In this document: positions 40,189-49,318 of the stretch, piece after piece
Layout of the letters: each line of letters opens with the position of its first letter
Position numbering within the stretch: position 1 is the first letter of the stretch
Source: Actinomycetota bacterium
Lineage (GTDB): Bacteria > Actinomycetota > Actinomycetes > S36-B12 > GCA-2699445
Assembly (NCBI GenBank): GCA_029978705.1
Contig: JAPOIY010000011.1
Span: 2,865 to 66,864 of the forward strand
DNA: 64,000 nt
Direction: 5' to 3'
Position numbers and translations under genes: made by a program
The notes under the pieces: model-generated
Told to the model about the DNA's origin: nothing
The model's input: only the letters and a program-made list of their open reading frames with translations
Databases searched by the model: none

Positions 40189-41619
40189 TCAGTTCAGGAC
40201 CGCTTCCATCACCGCGCGTGCGATGGGTGCGGCCAGACTGCCGCCGCTGCCCCCTGCTCCCTGGAGCACGACAGCCACCGCCACCTGGGGGTTCTCGGCC
40301 GGGGCGAAGGACATGAACCACACGGTGTCGGGGCTGTTGCCGGTCTCCGCGGTGCCGGTCTTACCCGCCACCCGGACCCCGGGGATCGCGCCCCCGCTGG
40401 CGGTGCCCCTCTCGACGGTCTGCACCATCATCGACGTGAGTTCCGCCGCGTGCTGGGGGCTGAGCGCCTGCCCGAACGTCGACGGCGTCGTCGTGTCGAG
40501 GACCCGCAGATCGGGGCTGCTGATCTCCTTCACCAGGTTGGGCTCCATGACGCTGCCGCTGTGCGCGACGGCGGCAGCCACCTGGGCCATGTTCAGCGCG
40601 CTGGCGCGCACCTCGTACTGGCCGATCCCGGTCAAGGCGGTCTGGGCCGCGTCGGGATTGTCGGGGTAGCGGCCGGCCGCTGCCGGCATCGGAACGTCGA
40701 AACTGGTGCCGAAGCCGAACCGCTCCGCCTGTTCGCGGATGGCGTCGTCCCCCAACTGGTCGGCGAGCCACGCGAACGCCGTGTTGCAGGACACCACCAG
40801 CGCCTCCGTGAGGGTGACCTTCCCCTTGGGTCCGCACTCGGTGCGGGACGCGTTGTTCAACTCCACGTCGGTACCGGGCAGCGTGTAGGTACGGGGGCCT
40901 GGGATCACGGTCTGCGGCGTGAACCGGCCCGACTCCAGGGCGGCGGCGGCCACCACCACCTTGAACACCGACCCGGGCGGGTCGACCGCCGCCAGCGGGC
41001 GGTTCAGCAGGGGCTCCTCGGGATCCTCAGTCAGGACCCGGTAGTAGTCGCGGATCTGCTTGGACCGGTGACTGGACAGCTCGTTGGGATCGAACGACGG
41101 GGACTGGGCGAGCGCGAGGATCTCCCCGGTCTTGGGGTCCAGGGCGGCCACCGCTCCGGGGCGCCCAGCGAGACCGGAGAAGGCGGCCTGCTGGGCGGCG
41201 GCGTCCAGCGTCAAGGTGACCGCACCACCCTGGGGGTCCCGACCGGCGAACAGCTGCTGCAGGCGGTCGAAGAGCAGCCGGTCGTCGACGCCGGAGAGCA
41301 CCTTGTTCTCCGCCTTCTCGATACCCGTGGCGCCGTACACCTGGGAGTAGAAGCCGGTGGCGGGGGCGTACAACTCCCCCTGGGGGTAGTTGCGGAGATA
41401 CTTCAGCTCGCCCTCGGTCTCGACGCTCTCCGCGACAGCCTCGCGTCCGACCAGGATCGGGCCACGCTCGCGGGAGTACTCCTCCAGGACGGCGCGCGAG
41501 TTGCCCGCTGCCGAACGGTAGTCGTCGGCCTTGAACCACTGGATGTAGGTCAGGTTGGCCAGGAGCGCGATCAGGAGGACCGCCAGGACCCCCGAGAGGC
41601 GGATGATGCTCCGGGTCAC
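40189..41619 (-). CDS. pbpA: Class B penicillin-binding protein PbpA (transpeptidase)
   Basis: N-terminal TM anchor, PGSVFKVV (SxxK), KTGTAE (KTG). GTGA overlap with the rodA stop. Confidence 0.9.
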   Translation of the reverse strand: MTRSIIRLSGVLAVLLIALLANLTYIQWFKADDYRSAAGNSRAVLEEYSRERGPILVGREAVAESVETEGELKYLRNYPQGELYAPATGFYSQVYGATGIEKAENKVLSGVDDRLLFDRLQQLFAGRDPQGGAVTLTLDAAAQQAAFSGLAGRPGAVAALDPKTGEILALAQSPSFDPNELSSHRSKQIRDYYRVLTEDPEEPLLNRPLAAVDPPGSVFKVVVAAAALESGRFTPQTVIPGPRTYTLPGTDVELNNASRTECGPKGKVTLTEALVVSCNTAFAWLADQLGDDAIREQAERFGFGTSFDVPMPAAAGRYPDNPDAAQTALTGIGQYEVRASALNMAQVAAAVAHSGSVMEPNLVKEISSPDLRVLDTTTPSTFGQALSPQHAAELTSMMVQTVERGTASGGAIPGVRVAGKTGTAETGNSPDTVWFMSFAPAENPQVAVAVVLQGAGGSGGSLAAPIARAVMEAVLN

Positions 41620-43028
41620 AGCCGCACCACCTGGGTGAGGGCCTGGTCGGGAGAGGTGACGACGGGGTCCGGACGCCGGGTGATGTCACTGATCCGTAGC
41701 AGCAGAGCGATCATGATCCAGTTGGCGATCAGGGCGGACCCGCCGGCGGAGAGGAACGGGGTAGTCAACCCCGTGAGAGGTATCAGCTTCGTGATCCCGC
41801 CCGCGACGATGAACACCTGAAGGGCGAACACGAACGCCAACCCCGTCGCGAGGAGGCGCCCGAACACGTCACGGCAGGCGACCGCGGTCCGCAGTCCGCG
41901 CTGCACGAGGATGGCGTACAGCAGGAGGACAGCGAAGATCCCGGTCAGCCCCAGTTCCTCGCCGAAGGCCGCCAGGATGAAGTCGCTGCTGGCGAACGGG
42001 ACGAGCTGGGGGTAGCCCTGACCCCAGCCGGTACCTAGCAGTCCGCCGTTGGCGAGCCCGTACAGCGACTGCACGATCTGGTAGCCCTGGTCGTTGGCGT
42101 AGGCGAAGGGGTCGAGCCAGATCTGGACGCGGGTGCGCACATGCCCGAAGAGGAAGTAGGCGAGAAAGCCGCCGACGAGCAGCAGCAGGGCGCCCAGGAT
42201 CAGCCACCCTCGCCGCTGGGTGGCGACGTAGACCATCGCAACGAACATCCCGAAGAAGATGGCGGCTGTGCCCAGATCCGTCTCGAACGCCATGATGGCC
42301 AGTGCCAACAGCCACGCCGCGAGCAGCGGACCGAGGTCGCGTACGCGGGGCAATGAGATGCCGGCGATCTTGCTGCGCACGATGGCGAGGGAGTCGCGGT
42401 GGATGGTCAGGTAGCCCGCGAGGAAGATGGCCAAGGCGATCTTCGCCAGTTCCCCGGGCTGGAAACTGAACGGCCCGACACTGATCCACAGTCGGGCCCC
42501 GTTGATGGTCGTGCCGAGCCCTGGGACCAGCGGCAACAGCAGGAGCACGGCGCCGGCGACGAGGGACAGGTAGGTGTAGCGCTGCAGCTTGCGGTGGTCC
42601 CGCACGATCAGAAGGGTGAGGACCAGCAGCACCACGCCGAGCACGGTCCAGGTCAGCTGGCCGATGACCTCCGGCGTCGGCGCGGGCGAGCCGTTCTCGG
42701 CAGCCCGCCGGGACGCAGCCACGTCCAACCGGTAGATCATCACCAGGCCCAGATAGTTCAGGAGGTAGGCCGTCGGCAACATGACGGGTTCGGCGTAAGG
42801 GGCCAGGACCCGAACGGCGGCGTGGGCGACGAGAGCGGCGCCGGCCAGCACGGCCAGCGCTGTCCAGAAGCGGGGGGGCAGGCCGTCCTGCGTGGCCAGG
42901 CCCACGATGGCGAGGGCTACCGACCCGAGGAACCAGCCGAAGACGAGCAGCAGGAGTTCCTGGCCCCGACGGGTGGGCTGTTCGTTGCGCGCCGGGGCGG
43001 CGGCATCCGCGGCGGCGGGGGCACTCAC
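41616..43028 (-). CDS. rodA: SEDS-family peptidoglycan glycosyltransferase RodA/FtsW
   Basis: Ten-TM SEDS profile (..SFQPGELAKIALAIFLAGYL.., ..DLGTAAIFFGMF.., ..TGLTTPFLSAGGSA..). GTG 43028 forms a GTGA overlap with the pstP stop. Confidence 0.9.
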   Translation of the reverse strand: MSAPAAADAAAPARNEQPTRRGQELLLLVFGWFLGSVALAIVGLATQDGLPPRFWTALAVLAGAALVAHAAVRVLAPYAEPVMLPTAYLLNYLGLVMIYRLDVAASRRAAENGSPAPTPEVIGQLTWTVLGVVLLVLTLLIVRDHRKLQRYTYLSLVAGAVLLLLPLVPGLGTTINGARLWISVGPFSFQPGELAKIALAIFLAGYLTIHRDSLAIVRSKIAGISLPRVRDLGPLLAAWLLALAIMAFETDLGTAAIFFGMFVAMVYVATQRRGWLILGALLLLVGGFLAYFLFGHVRTRVQIWLDPFAYANDQGYQIVQSLYGLANGGLLGTGWGQGYPQLVPFASSDFILAAFGEELGLTGIFAVLLLYAILVQRGLRTAVACRDVFGRLLATGLAFVFALQVFIVAGGITKLIPLTGLTTPFLSAGGSALIANWIMIALLLRISDITRRPDPVVTSPDQALTQVVRL

Positions 43029-44338
43029 GGACCGAACCCCTTGGCGGGCGGGGGGCACCCCGACTCGGCCGGGTCCACCTGGCAGGCGGCCGCGTCACTG
43101 CGCAGTTCCGCGACGATCTGGGTCGCGCCCTCCGGTGAGGTCGCGAAGATTCCGGACGCCACCCGCGTCTGCGCGTAACTGGGCAGGGCGGCTACCGCCA
43201 GGTCGGTCCGTTCCGACAGACGTTGCAGGGGGATCGGCCCGAGGCTGCCGGGCACCCCCCGGTACACCGCAACTGTCCCGTCGGCCGCCGCCACGTAGTA
43301 CTGGTTGGCCAGCCATCCCGCTAACAGCGCCCCGACGGCGGCGAGGACGAGGATGAGGATCCCCACGACGGCGAACACCACGCGCCGGGTGCGTCGGCGT
43401 CCGGAGGACCTTGGCGGTGCGGTGACGGGAGCGGCCGCCGCGGGCTCGGGCAGTTCGTCCAGGGACGGTCGACTGCCACGGGGCTGCGGGTCGTCGGGAT
43501 CGAGTTGTTCGTCCACCGGCCAGGGGACGTTCGGCAGCTTGGCGCGGTTGCCTCGTTCCCCGGCGGCTCCGACGACCACGGGGTCGGTCGACCCGGTCTG
43601 ATCGGCGGATCGGATGTCGGCCACCACCACGGTGACATTGTCCGGAGCACCGGCTTCGAGGGCGAGGTCGACGAGCCGGGTGACCGCACCGGTCGGGTCA
43701 GCGTCCTGCCGCAGGACCTCAGCCAGGGTGGTGTCCGGCACGACCCCCGACAAGCCGTCGGTGCACAGCAGGTAGCGGTCCCCGGGCCGGGTCTCCCGCA
43801 TCGACAGATCCGCCTCGACGACGTGGATACCGTCCACGGCCCGGTTGAGCAGGTTCCGGCGCGGGTGGCGGGTCGCCTCCTCCGGGGTGATCTCCCCGGC
43901 GTCGACGAGACTCTGGACGTACGTGTGGTCCTTGGTGATCTGGTCCAGGGTGCCGTCGCGCAGCAGGTAGGCCCGGGAGTCGCCGACGTGGACGACGGCC
44001 ATCCGCTCGCCCAGCCAGACCAGGCCCGTCACCGTGGTACCCATCCCCTGGTTCGCCGGCTCGGCGGCGATGACGTCGCCGATCCGTTCGCTCAGCAGGT
44101 CGACCCCGCCGGCCAGGTACTCCAGGACCTCGTCGGAGGGAAGCTCCTCGTCGGCCAACTCGGCGAACGTGGCGACTGCCATGGCCGATGCCAGCTCGCC
44201 TGCGGCATGACCGCCCATACCGTCGGCCACCATGAGCATGGAGTTGTCCGCGTAACCGCTGTCCTCGTTGCCGGGCCGGCGCAGACCGACGTCGGAACGG
44301 GCGGCGTAGCGCAGCCGCACGCTGCGCGGGTCGCTCAC
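43025..44338 (-). CDS. pstP: PP2C-family Ser/Thr phosphatase PstP
   Basis: RSDVGLRRPGNEDS, VADGMGGHAAGE, LLCTDGL, DNVTVVVAD. TM helix plus an extracellular tail. GTGA overlap with the fhaB stop. Confidence 0.9.
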   Translation of the reverse strand: MSDPRSVRLRYAARSDVGLRRPGNEDSGYADNSMLMVADGMGGHAAGELASAMAVATFAELADEELPSDEVLEYLAGGVDLLSERIGDVIAAEPANQGMGTTVTGLVWLGERMAVVHVGDSRAYLLRDGTLDQITKDHTYVQSLVDAGEITPEEATRHPRRNLLNRAVDGIHVVEADLSMRETRPGDRYLLCTDGLSGVVPDTTLAEVLRQDADPTGAVTRLVDLALEAGAPDNVTVVVADIRSADQTGSTDPVVVGAAGERGNRAKLPNVPWPVDEQLDPDDPQPRGSRPSLDELPEPAAAAPVTAPPRSSGRRRTRRVVFAVVGILILVLAAVGALLAGWLANQYYVAAADGTVAVYRGVPGSLGPIPLQRLSERTDLAVAALPSYAQTRVASGIFATSPEGATQIVAELRSDAAACQVDPAESGCPPPAKGFGP

Positions 44339-44814
44339 TTGCGCACCTGCATGACGCTGCGCCCCACCCGCAGGGGGACGGACAGGGGCAGCACGGTGGG
44401 CCGGGTGATCCGGGTGCGATCCAGCCATGTGCCGTTGGTGGAGTTGAGGTCCTCCACGACCCACTCCCCGCCCGCGGAGTAGATCCGACAGTGGTGGGTG
44501 GAGGCGTAGTCGTCCTCCACCACCAGGGTGGAGTCGGCCGCCCGGCCGATGGTGATGGGGGTGGCGCCGAGGGGGACCACCGTGCCGGACAGCGGCCCTT
44601 CTGTCACGACGAGGCGGGTGCCCTTGCCGGACGTTCGGGCGCGCCGCGGCGGCGCCGGGGCCGCCTGCTGGTCGCCGGCGGCGACCGCGGCCGGTCGGGC
44701 TTCGCGGGGGGCGCGTAGGTCACGGCGCAGGACGCTGAGGGTGAACAGCACCCCGACCCACAGCAGCACCAGGAAACCGAGGCGCAGCAGGGTGAGGGCG
44801 AGTTCCGACATCAC
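44335..44814 (-). CDS. fhaB: FHA-domain protein FhaB/FipA
   Basis: N-terminal TM helix and a C-terminal FHA domain (IGRAADSTLVVEDDYASTHHCRI..STNGTWL). Confidence 0.85.
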   Translation of the reverse strand: MMSELALTLLRLGFLVLLWVGVLFTLSVLRRDLRAPREARPAAVAAGDQQAAPAPPRRARTSGKGTRLVVTEGPLSGTVVPLGATPITIGRAADSTLVVEDDYASTHHCRIYSAGGEWVVEDLNSTNGTWLDRTRITRPTVLPLSVPLRVGRSVMQVRK

Positions 44815-45506
44815 ACGTCCCGGTAGGTGACGACGGTCGAACCGAGCTGGATGCGCGCGCCGTCGTGCAGCGGAGCCTCGGTCACGCGGCGTCCGTCCAC
44901 GAGGGTGCCGTTGGTGGAGCCGAGGTCGCGGATGACGACGGGAAGGCCGAGAGTCACCTCGGCGTGGGCGCGGCTGACCCCGGAGTCCTCGACTTGGATG
45001 TCGGCGCCCTGACCGCGGCCGAGCCGCGTGTGGCTGCGGGTCAGCGGGTAGGACGTGCCGCCGATGACCAGACGGGGGTGTCCGGTCACCTCACCGGCGG
45101 GCACCGGGGCAGCTTCCCGTTGCGAACCCGGGCTGCTGGGTTGCGCCTGGCTGCGGATGGTGAACATCCCGGTGCTGAACTCGGGGTTCTCGGTGAACCG
45201 CACGTCGACCGGGCCGAGGAAGGTGTACCGCTGTTCGGTCGCGTACTGCCGGGCGACATCGGCCAGCTCGGCCCGCATCTGGTCGGCGAAGACATCCAGC
45301 CGCTCGATGTCGCTGGGGGCGAGGTCGATGGTGAACACGTTGGGCACGACGGTGCGGCCCCGGCTGACCACAGCCGCGCGGGTATCCATCTCCTTCTGGA
45401 TGCGGGCGGCGAGCTCGACCGGCTCCACGTTGTCCCGGAAGGCTTTGGCGAATGTGCCGTTGACCATCTGGTCCAGGCGCTGTTCGAAGTTGTCGAGCAA
45501 CCCCAC
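44811..45506 (-). CDS. fhaA: FHA-domain protein FhaA (DUF3662 + FHA)
   Basis: MGLLDNFEQRLDQMVNG.. DUF3662 N-terminus, C-terminal FHA (LGRGQGADIQVEDSGVSRAHAEV..STNGTLV). ATGA overlap with fhaB. Confidence 0.85.
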   Translation of the reverse strand: MGLLDNFEQRLDQMVNGTFAKAFRDNVEPVELAARIQKEMDTRAAVVSRGRTVVPNVFTIDLAPSDIERLDVFADQMRAELADVARQYATEQRYTFLGPVDVRFTENPEFSTGMFTIRSQAQPSSPGSQREAAPVPAGEVTGHPRLVIGGTSYPLTRSHTRLGRGQGADIQVEDSGVSRAHAEVTLGLPVVIRDLGSTNGTLVDGRRVTEAPLHDGARIQLGSTVVTYRDV

Positions 45507-45624
45507 GACTCACCTCCGGTCGATCGTCACACCTCGGTCGATGCTATCGGCGCTGCCGGGACCCGGGGGACGGTAACCACGCAACTACCGGGCACAGTTG
45601 CTCCCGCCGGTTACAGTCACCCGT

Positions 45625-46512
45625 GTGTGGTCGACCGGGCAGACGGATCTCCTCGTGTGCGGTGACAGCCGCCGGATCCTCCCGGAACTGCCCGGGAGCA
45701 CCTTCCGGATGGCGTACCTCGACCCCCCCTTCAACACGGGCCGCACGCAGACGCGGCAGTCCAGAACCGTGCGCCAGGACGCCGCCGGCGCGCGGGTGGG
45801 GTTCCACGGGCGCACGTACAGCGAGGTGCGGGGACAGCTGGTCTCCTATGACGACCGGTTCGCCGACTACTGGGGGTTTCTGGAGCCCGTCCTGATCGAG
45901 GCGCGCCGGCTGTTGGCAGACGACGGGACCCTCTACCTGCACCTGGACTACCGGGAGGCGCACTACGCGAAGGTGCTGCTGGACTCCCTGTTCGGTCGGG
46001 ACGCATTCATCAACGAGATCATCTGGGCCTATGACTACGGGGCCCGCACCCGCCGACGCTGGCCCACGAAACACGACACGATCCTGATGTACGCGAAGGA
46101 CCCGCAGTCCTACCACTTCGACAGCACCGAGGTGGACCGCGAGCCCTACATGGCCCCTGGGCTGGTCACGCCGGAGAAGGCGGAACGCGGGAAACTTCCC
46201 ACGGACGTGTGGTGGCACACCATCGTGTCGCCGACCGGGCGGGAGAAGACGGGGTACCCCACCCAGAAACCGGAGGGCATCCTGCGGCGCATGATCGCGG
46301 CGTCGACCCGGCCGGGCGACGTGGTGCTCGACCCCTTCGCGGGCAGCGGCACCACCGGCGCGGTGGCGTTCGCCCTGGACCGCCGGTACGTGCTGATCGA
46401 CCGCAACCCCGACGCCGTCACCGTCGCCGCCTCCCGGCTGGCGAGCCTCGGCGCGACCCCCACCGTGTGGGAGGACCCTCAGCCGGTCACCACGGCTTCC
46501 CGTCCGGGGTGA
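45625..46512 (+). CDS. Site-specific DNA methyltransferase, beta-class (N6-adenine or N4-cytosine), no adjacent endonuclease
   Basis: Catalytic motif IV DPPFN (MAYLDPPFNTG) precedes the SAM motif I VLDPFAGSGTTGAVA, which is the beta-class order. HYAKVLLD..IIWAY and PTQKPEGILRRMI segments. Start is GTG 45625 or TTG 45598. Confidence 0.8.
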   Translation: MWSTGQTDLLVCGDSRRILPELPGSTFRMAYLDPPFNTGRTQTRQSRTVRQDAAGARVGFHGRTYSEVRGQLVSYDDRFADYWGFLEPVLIEARRLLADDGTLYLHLDYREAHYAKVLLDSLFGRDAFINEIIWAYDYGARTRRRWPTKHDTILMYAKDPQSYHFDSTEVDREPYMAPGLVTPEKAERGKLPTDVWWHTIVSPTGREKTGYPTQKPEGILRRMIAASTRPGDVVLDPFAGSGTTGAVAFALDRRYVLIDRNPDAVTVAASRLASLGATPTVWEDPQPVTTASRPG

Positions 46513-47662
46513 GCCCGGACGGGGGGGGGACACTCGCGGACAGCACGTCGGCGTACACGCTCACATGCACGTGGTCGAAGTGTGTGTTGGTGCAATCTCC
46601 GTTGTTGTAGCCGTCATTGCGCCAGTCCGCGATGGGGGCCCATTCGTCCTCATAGGACCGCTCCCCGGGGTTACGCAGGCTGTCCTGCCAGATTATGTAG
46701 TCGATGTTCAGCCGCTTGTGGTTCTCGAACAGGTACTTGGCCAGTTGGGACCCCACCCGCAGATCGGTCTCGCTGCGGGTACGGCTCCCCGAGGAGTCGG
46801 TGATGCATCCCTTCGGCATCATGAAGTCGATGGCCTGCGACCACACGGGCATGTGCCCGTTGTAGGTGCCCTGCGTCTTGATGTGCGGGAACCGGATGTA
46901 GGCGCAGCGAGACATCAACTGCGCGCTGGCGCTCATGTCCTCCCACGTGAACCCGGTGCTGTCCGAGAAGTACTTCTTGAACGAGTCGGGGACCATCGGG
47001 CAGCGGTCCAGGTCCACGTCCGGCGGCGCACACTGAGTGGCCCCCCCGTAGGTGACCGCGTCGCTCTTCTTGCTCAGCCGGGAGTCGCCCAGGACCCGCA
47101 ACCAGCCGTCGGCCTTGACCCCCAGCGACTCCTTGACCGCCAGCGGGTCGGTGCCGATCGGCAGGAAGTCGCGGTTGAAGACGCGCGCCGCCTTGCGGGG
47201 GTTGACGCGGACCTTGAACTTGTCGTTGTTCAGATCCAGGTCCCCGCTCGCCATCTCCGCCAGCAGGAAGTTGATCTGCTTCTTGAAGTCCCACCGGTTC
47301 TGGCCCTTGTCCTCCGTCTGCGCCACGAAAGCGCCCCAGCGGTCCGACGGCCACTGCGCCACCCCGGTCCGGTCGGTGGACCGGCTGATGGCGTGCGGAG
47401 CCACCGCCGACACCTGGTCGAGGTAGCCGACGACACCGGCCGCCGCGGCGGGAGAGTAGTCGGCGTTGATCAGCCGCTTCCACACGTAGCGGGCCCGCGA
47501 GTTCGCTCCGGGCGAGACGGCCGTGGCCACGCACGTCGTCGGGGAGGTCCGTTTCTTCGCCGCCGTGACAGGACCTTCGGCGCGGGCGCCCGGCATGACC
47601 AGGGCGAGCATCACGACGGTGCTGACGAGAGCGGCGGCTACCTTGCGAGTCTTGCGATTCAC
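46487..47662 (-). CDS. Secreted hypothetical protein, possible cell-wall hydrolase (lysozyme-like N-domain)
   Basis: Signal peptide VNRKTRKVAAALVSTVVMLALVMPGARA. N-domain resembles tail-lysozyme-like folds (AAAAGVVGYLDQ..GVAQW..). C-terminal CTNTHFDHVHVSVY motif. The family call is tentative and the start is uncertain. Confidence 0.55.
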   Translation of the reverse strand: MNRKTRKVAAALVSTVVMLALVMPGARAEGPVTAAKKRTSPTTCVATAVSPGANSRARYVWKRLINADYSPAAAAGVVGYLDQVSAVAPHAISRSTDRTGVAQWPSDRWGAFVAQTEDKGQNRWDFKKQINFLLAEMASGDLDLNNDKFKVRVNPRKAARVFNRDFLPIGTDPLAVKESLGVKADGWLRVLGDSRLSKKSDAVTYGGATQCAPPDVDLDRCPMVPDSFKKYFSDSTGFTWEDMSASAQLMSRCAYIRFPHIKTQGTYNGHMPVWSQAIDFMMPKGCITDSSGSRTRSETDLRVGSQLAKYLFENHKRLNIDYIIWQDSLRNPGERSYEDEWAPIADWRNDGYNNGDCTNTHFDHVHVSVYADVLSASVPPPSGLTPDGKPW

Positions 47663-47738
47663 GTGCGGAACCGTAGCGATCCGGGACACAACCGACACCC
47701 CGTTGCGCCCAGTTGTCCGATATCTGGCCTCGCCCCGA

Positions 47739-47806
47739 GGTAACGGGCCGGTAACGGTCCTTCGTGAAAGTGGCTGGATCGGGCGAAGATCACGAAGTGG
47801 TAACGG
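47739..47806. repeat. Three copies of GGTAACGG flanking an 8-bp-stem inverted repeat (CTTCGTGA..TCACGAAG)
   Basis: GGTAACGG at 47739-47746, 47750-47757 and 47799-47806. Stem arms at 47760-47767 and 47790-47797. Lies in a divergent intergenic region. Confidence 0.5.
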
Positions 47807-47932
47807 GTGCTGCACGTCTGTTCTTTCGGCACCCGGACACCCGGACTTCAGCGGTCGGCACGCGTCCGCCCACTCCGCATTGCTCCGATGGGCCAGGTGG
47901 CGCCACACTGGGAACGCGGGAAGGAGACTCCT

Positions 47933-49312
47933 ATGCGGCACGCTCTCGCGGGGGTATGCACCCTGGCGGTCGCAGGAGCGCTGCTCGTCGGCGGTCCGGT
48001 GCCGTCGCAGGCGGCCGGGGAGACCGTGACCACGGTGACGCTGAACGCGGGGTCCGCCCCGGAAGGTGTCGCGGTGGCCGCCGACGGGACCGCCTACACC
48101 GCGAATCGCGACAGCAACACGTCGGCCCGCGTTCCGGTGGGTGCGGCTGCGGCGGACCGGTACTTCCCGACCCGCGGGCGGATGCCCTACTCGGTGACGG
48201 TGAACTCCTCCGGCCTGGTGTACGTGACCAATCGCGGAAGCGGGGACCTGACCCGCATCGACCCGTCCCGTCCGTTGGCAGTGCCGACCCTCATTCCCGT
48301 GGCGGTGGGCAGCGAACCATGGGGGATCACCACCACACCGGACGACACCGTCTTCGCCACCACGAACCAGACCGACATGGTCCTGCGGGTCAACCGCGGT
48401 TCCGCCGTGGTCAACGCCACGATCCCGCTACTGGCGGGCTCCGAGCCGAAGGACATTGAGTACTCGCCGGTGGAGAAACGCCTGTACGTCGCCGACAGCG
48501 GTAACCACACCGTGGCCCGCATCGACCCCGACACGGGAGCTGTGCAGTACATCCCGTTGGCCGTCACCTCAAGCCTGCGGGGGATCGCCGTCGCGACCGA
48601 CGGCTACGTCTACGTCACCGACATCGGGAACGACCAGTTGTTCCGGATCGCGCCGGGTGCCGCGGTGGCCGAGTCGGTCGCGCTCTTCCCGCCCGCCTCG
48701 TTCCCCGCCGACGTGGCCGCCGACCCCGATGGGTCGGTCCTCGTGGCCCTCTCCACCCCGGCGCAGGTCCTGCGCTACCGCGGTACCACCCTCGAGGCGA
48801 CGATCGATCTCGGTCTCGCTGACGGAGGACCCGACCGGGTCGCGGTCGGCAAGGACGGCGTTGCGTACACCGCCAACTTCGGGGGCGACAGTGTGAGTCG
48901 GATCGATCCCGGTCCCCGGCCTCTGCCCAGTCCGACCGTGACGCCCGACCCGACGGCGAGCCCGACGCCCGGCCCGACGCCCAGCCCGACCCCGAGCCCG
49001 ACCGTCGGGCCGGCGGGCGTGGTCGCGACGACCTTCCGTGCCGCGAAGATCCACCGCAAGACCGCGGTGCTGCGGGGACGCGTCACCGCTGGGAAGTCCG
49101 CGACGAAGGTCCGGATGAGGATCGCGCGCAACGCGCAGCTGACGGCCAAACCCCGTGTCCTGTCGGTACGGACCATCAAGGCGGGTGCCACCCGGACGGT
49201 CCGGAAGGCCGTGACCGGGCTGAAGCGCCACAAGGCCTACTGGTACCGGGTCGAGGGTGTCGTGGGGTCCGCGGCTGCCACCGGCTCCATCAGGAAGTTC
49301 CACACGAAGTAG
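47933..49312 (+). CDS. Secreted beta-propeller repeat protein (NHL/YncE-like) with a Pro/Thr linker and a C-terminal Ig/FN3-like domain
   Basis: AAGGAG 6 nt upstream of the ATG. Signal peptide ..GGPVPSQAAG. Repeated ..VYVTNRGSGDLTRIDP.. / ..LYVADSGNHTVARIDP.. / ..VYVTDIGNDQLFRI.. blades. PTASPTPGPTPSPTPSPT linker. Confidence 0.65.
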   Translation: MRHALAGVCTLAVAGALLVGGPVPSQAAGETVTTVTLNAGSAPEGVAVAADGTAYTANRDSNTSARVPVGAAAADRYFPTRGRMPYSVTVNSSGLVYVTNRGSGDLTRIDPSRPLAVPTLIPVAVGSEPWGITTTPDDTVFATTNQTDMVLRVNRGSAVVNATIPLLAGSEPKDIEYSPVEKRLYVADSGNHTVARIDPDTGAVQYIPLAVTSSLRGIAVATDGYVYVTDIGNDQLFRIAPGAAVAESVALFPPASFPADVAADPDGSVLVALSTPAQVLRYRGTTLEATIDLGLADGGPDRVAVGKDGVAYTANFGGDSVSRIDPGPRPLPSPTVTPDPTASPTPGPTPSPTPSPTVGPAGVVATTFRAAKIHRKTAVLRGRVTAGKSATKVRMRIARNAQLTAKPRVLSVRTIKAGATRTVRKAVTGLKRHKAYWYRVEGVVGSAAATGSIRKFHTK

Positions 49313-49318
49313 GCCACG

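Noticed and set aside
45598-47662. The methyltransferase plus its converging neighbour as a restriction-modification or other defence pair.
   Set aside because: The neighbour has a signal peptide and lysozyme-like features, not a nuclease fold (no PD-(D/E)xK, HNH or GIY-YIG motif seen). The methyltransferase is therefore treated as an orphan.
47663-47932. A c-di-AMP (ydaO-type) riboswitch upstream of the secreted hydrolase-like gene.
   Set aside because: Only a loose CCCGTTACCTCG resemblance was found. The conserved ACGGGGA / GGGUGAAUC / CAGCUAACCUCGUA elements could not be located by eye. The region is kept only as an unexplained repeat structure.
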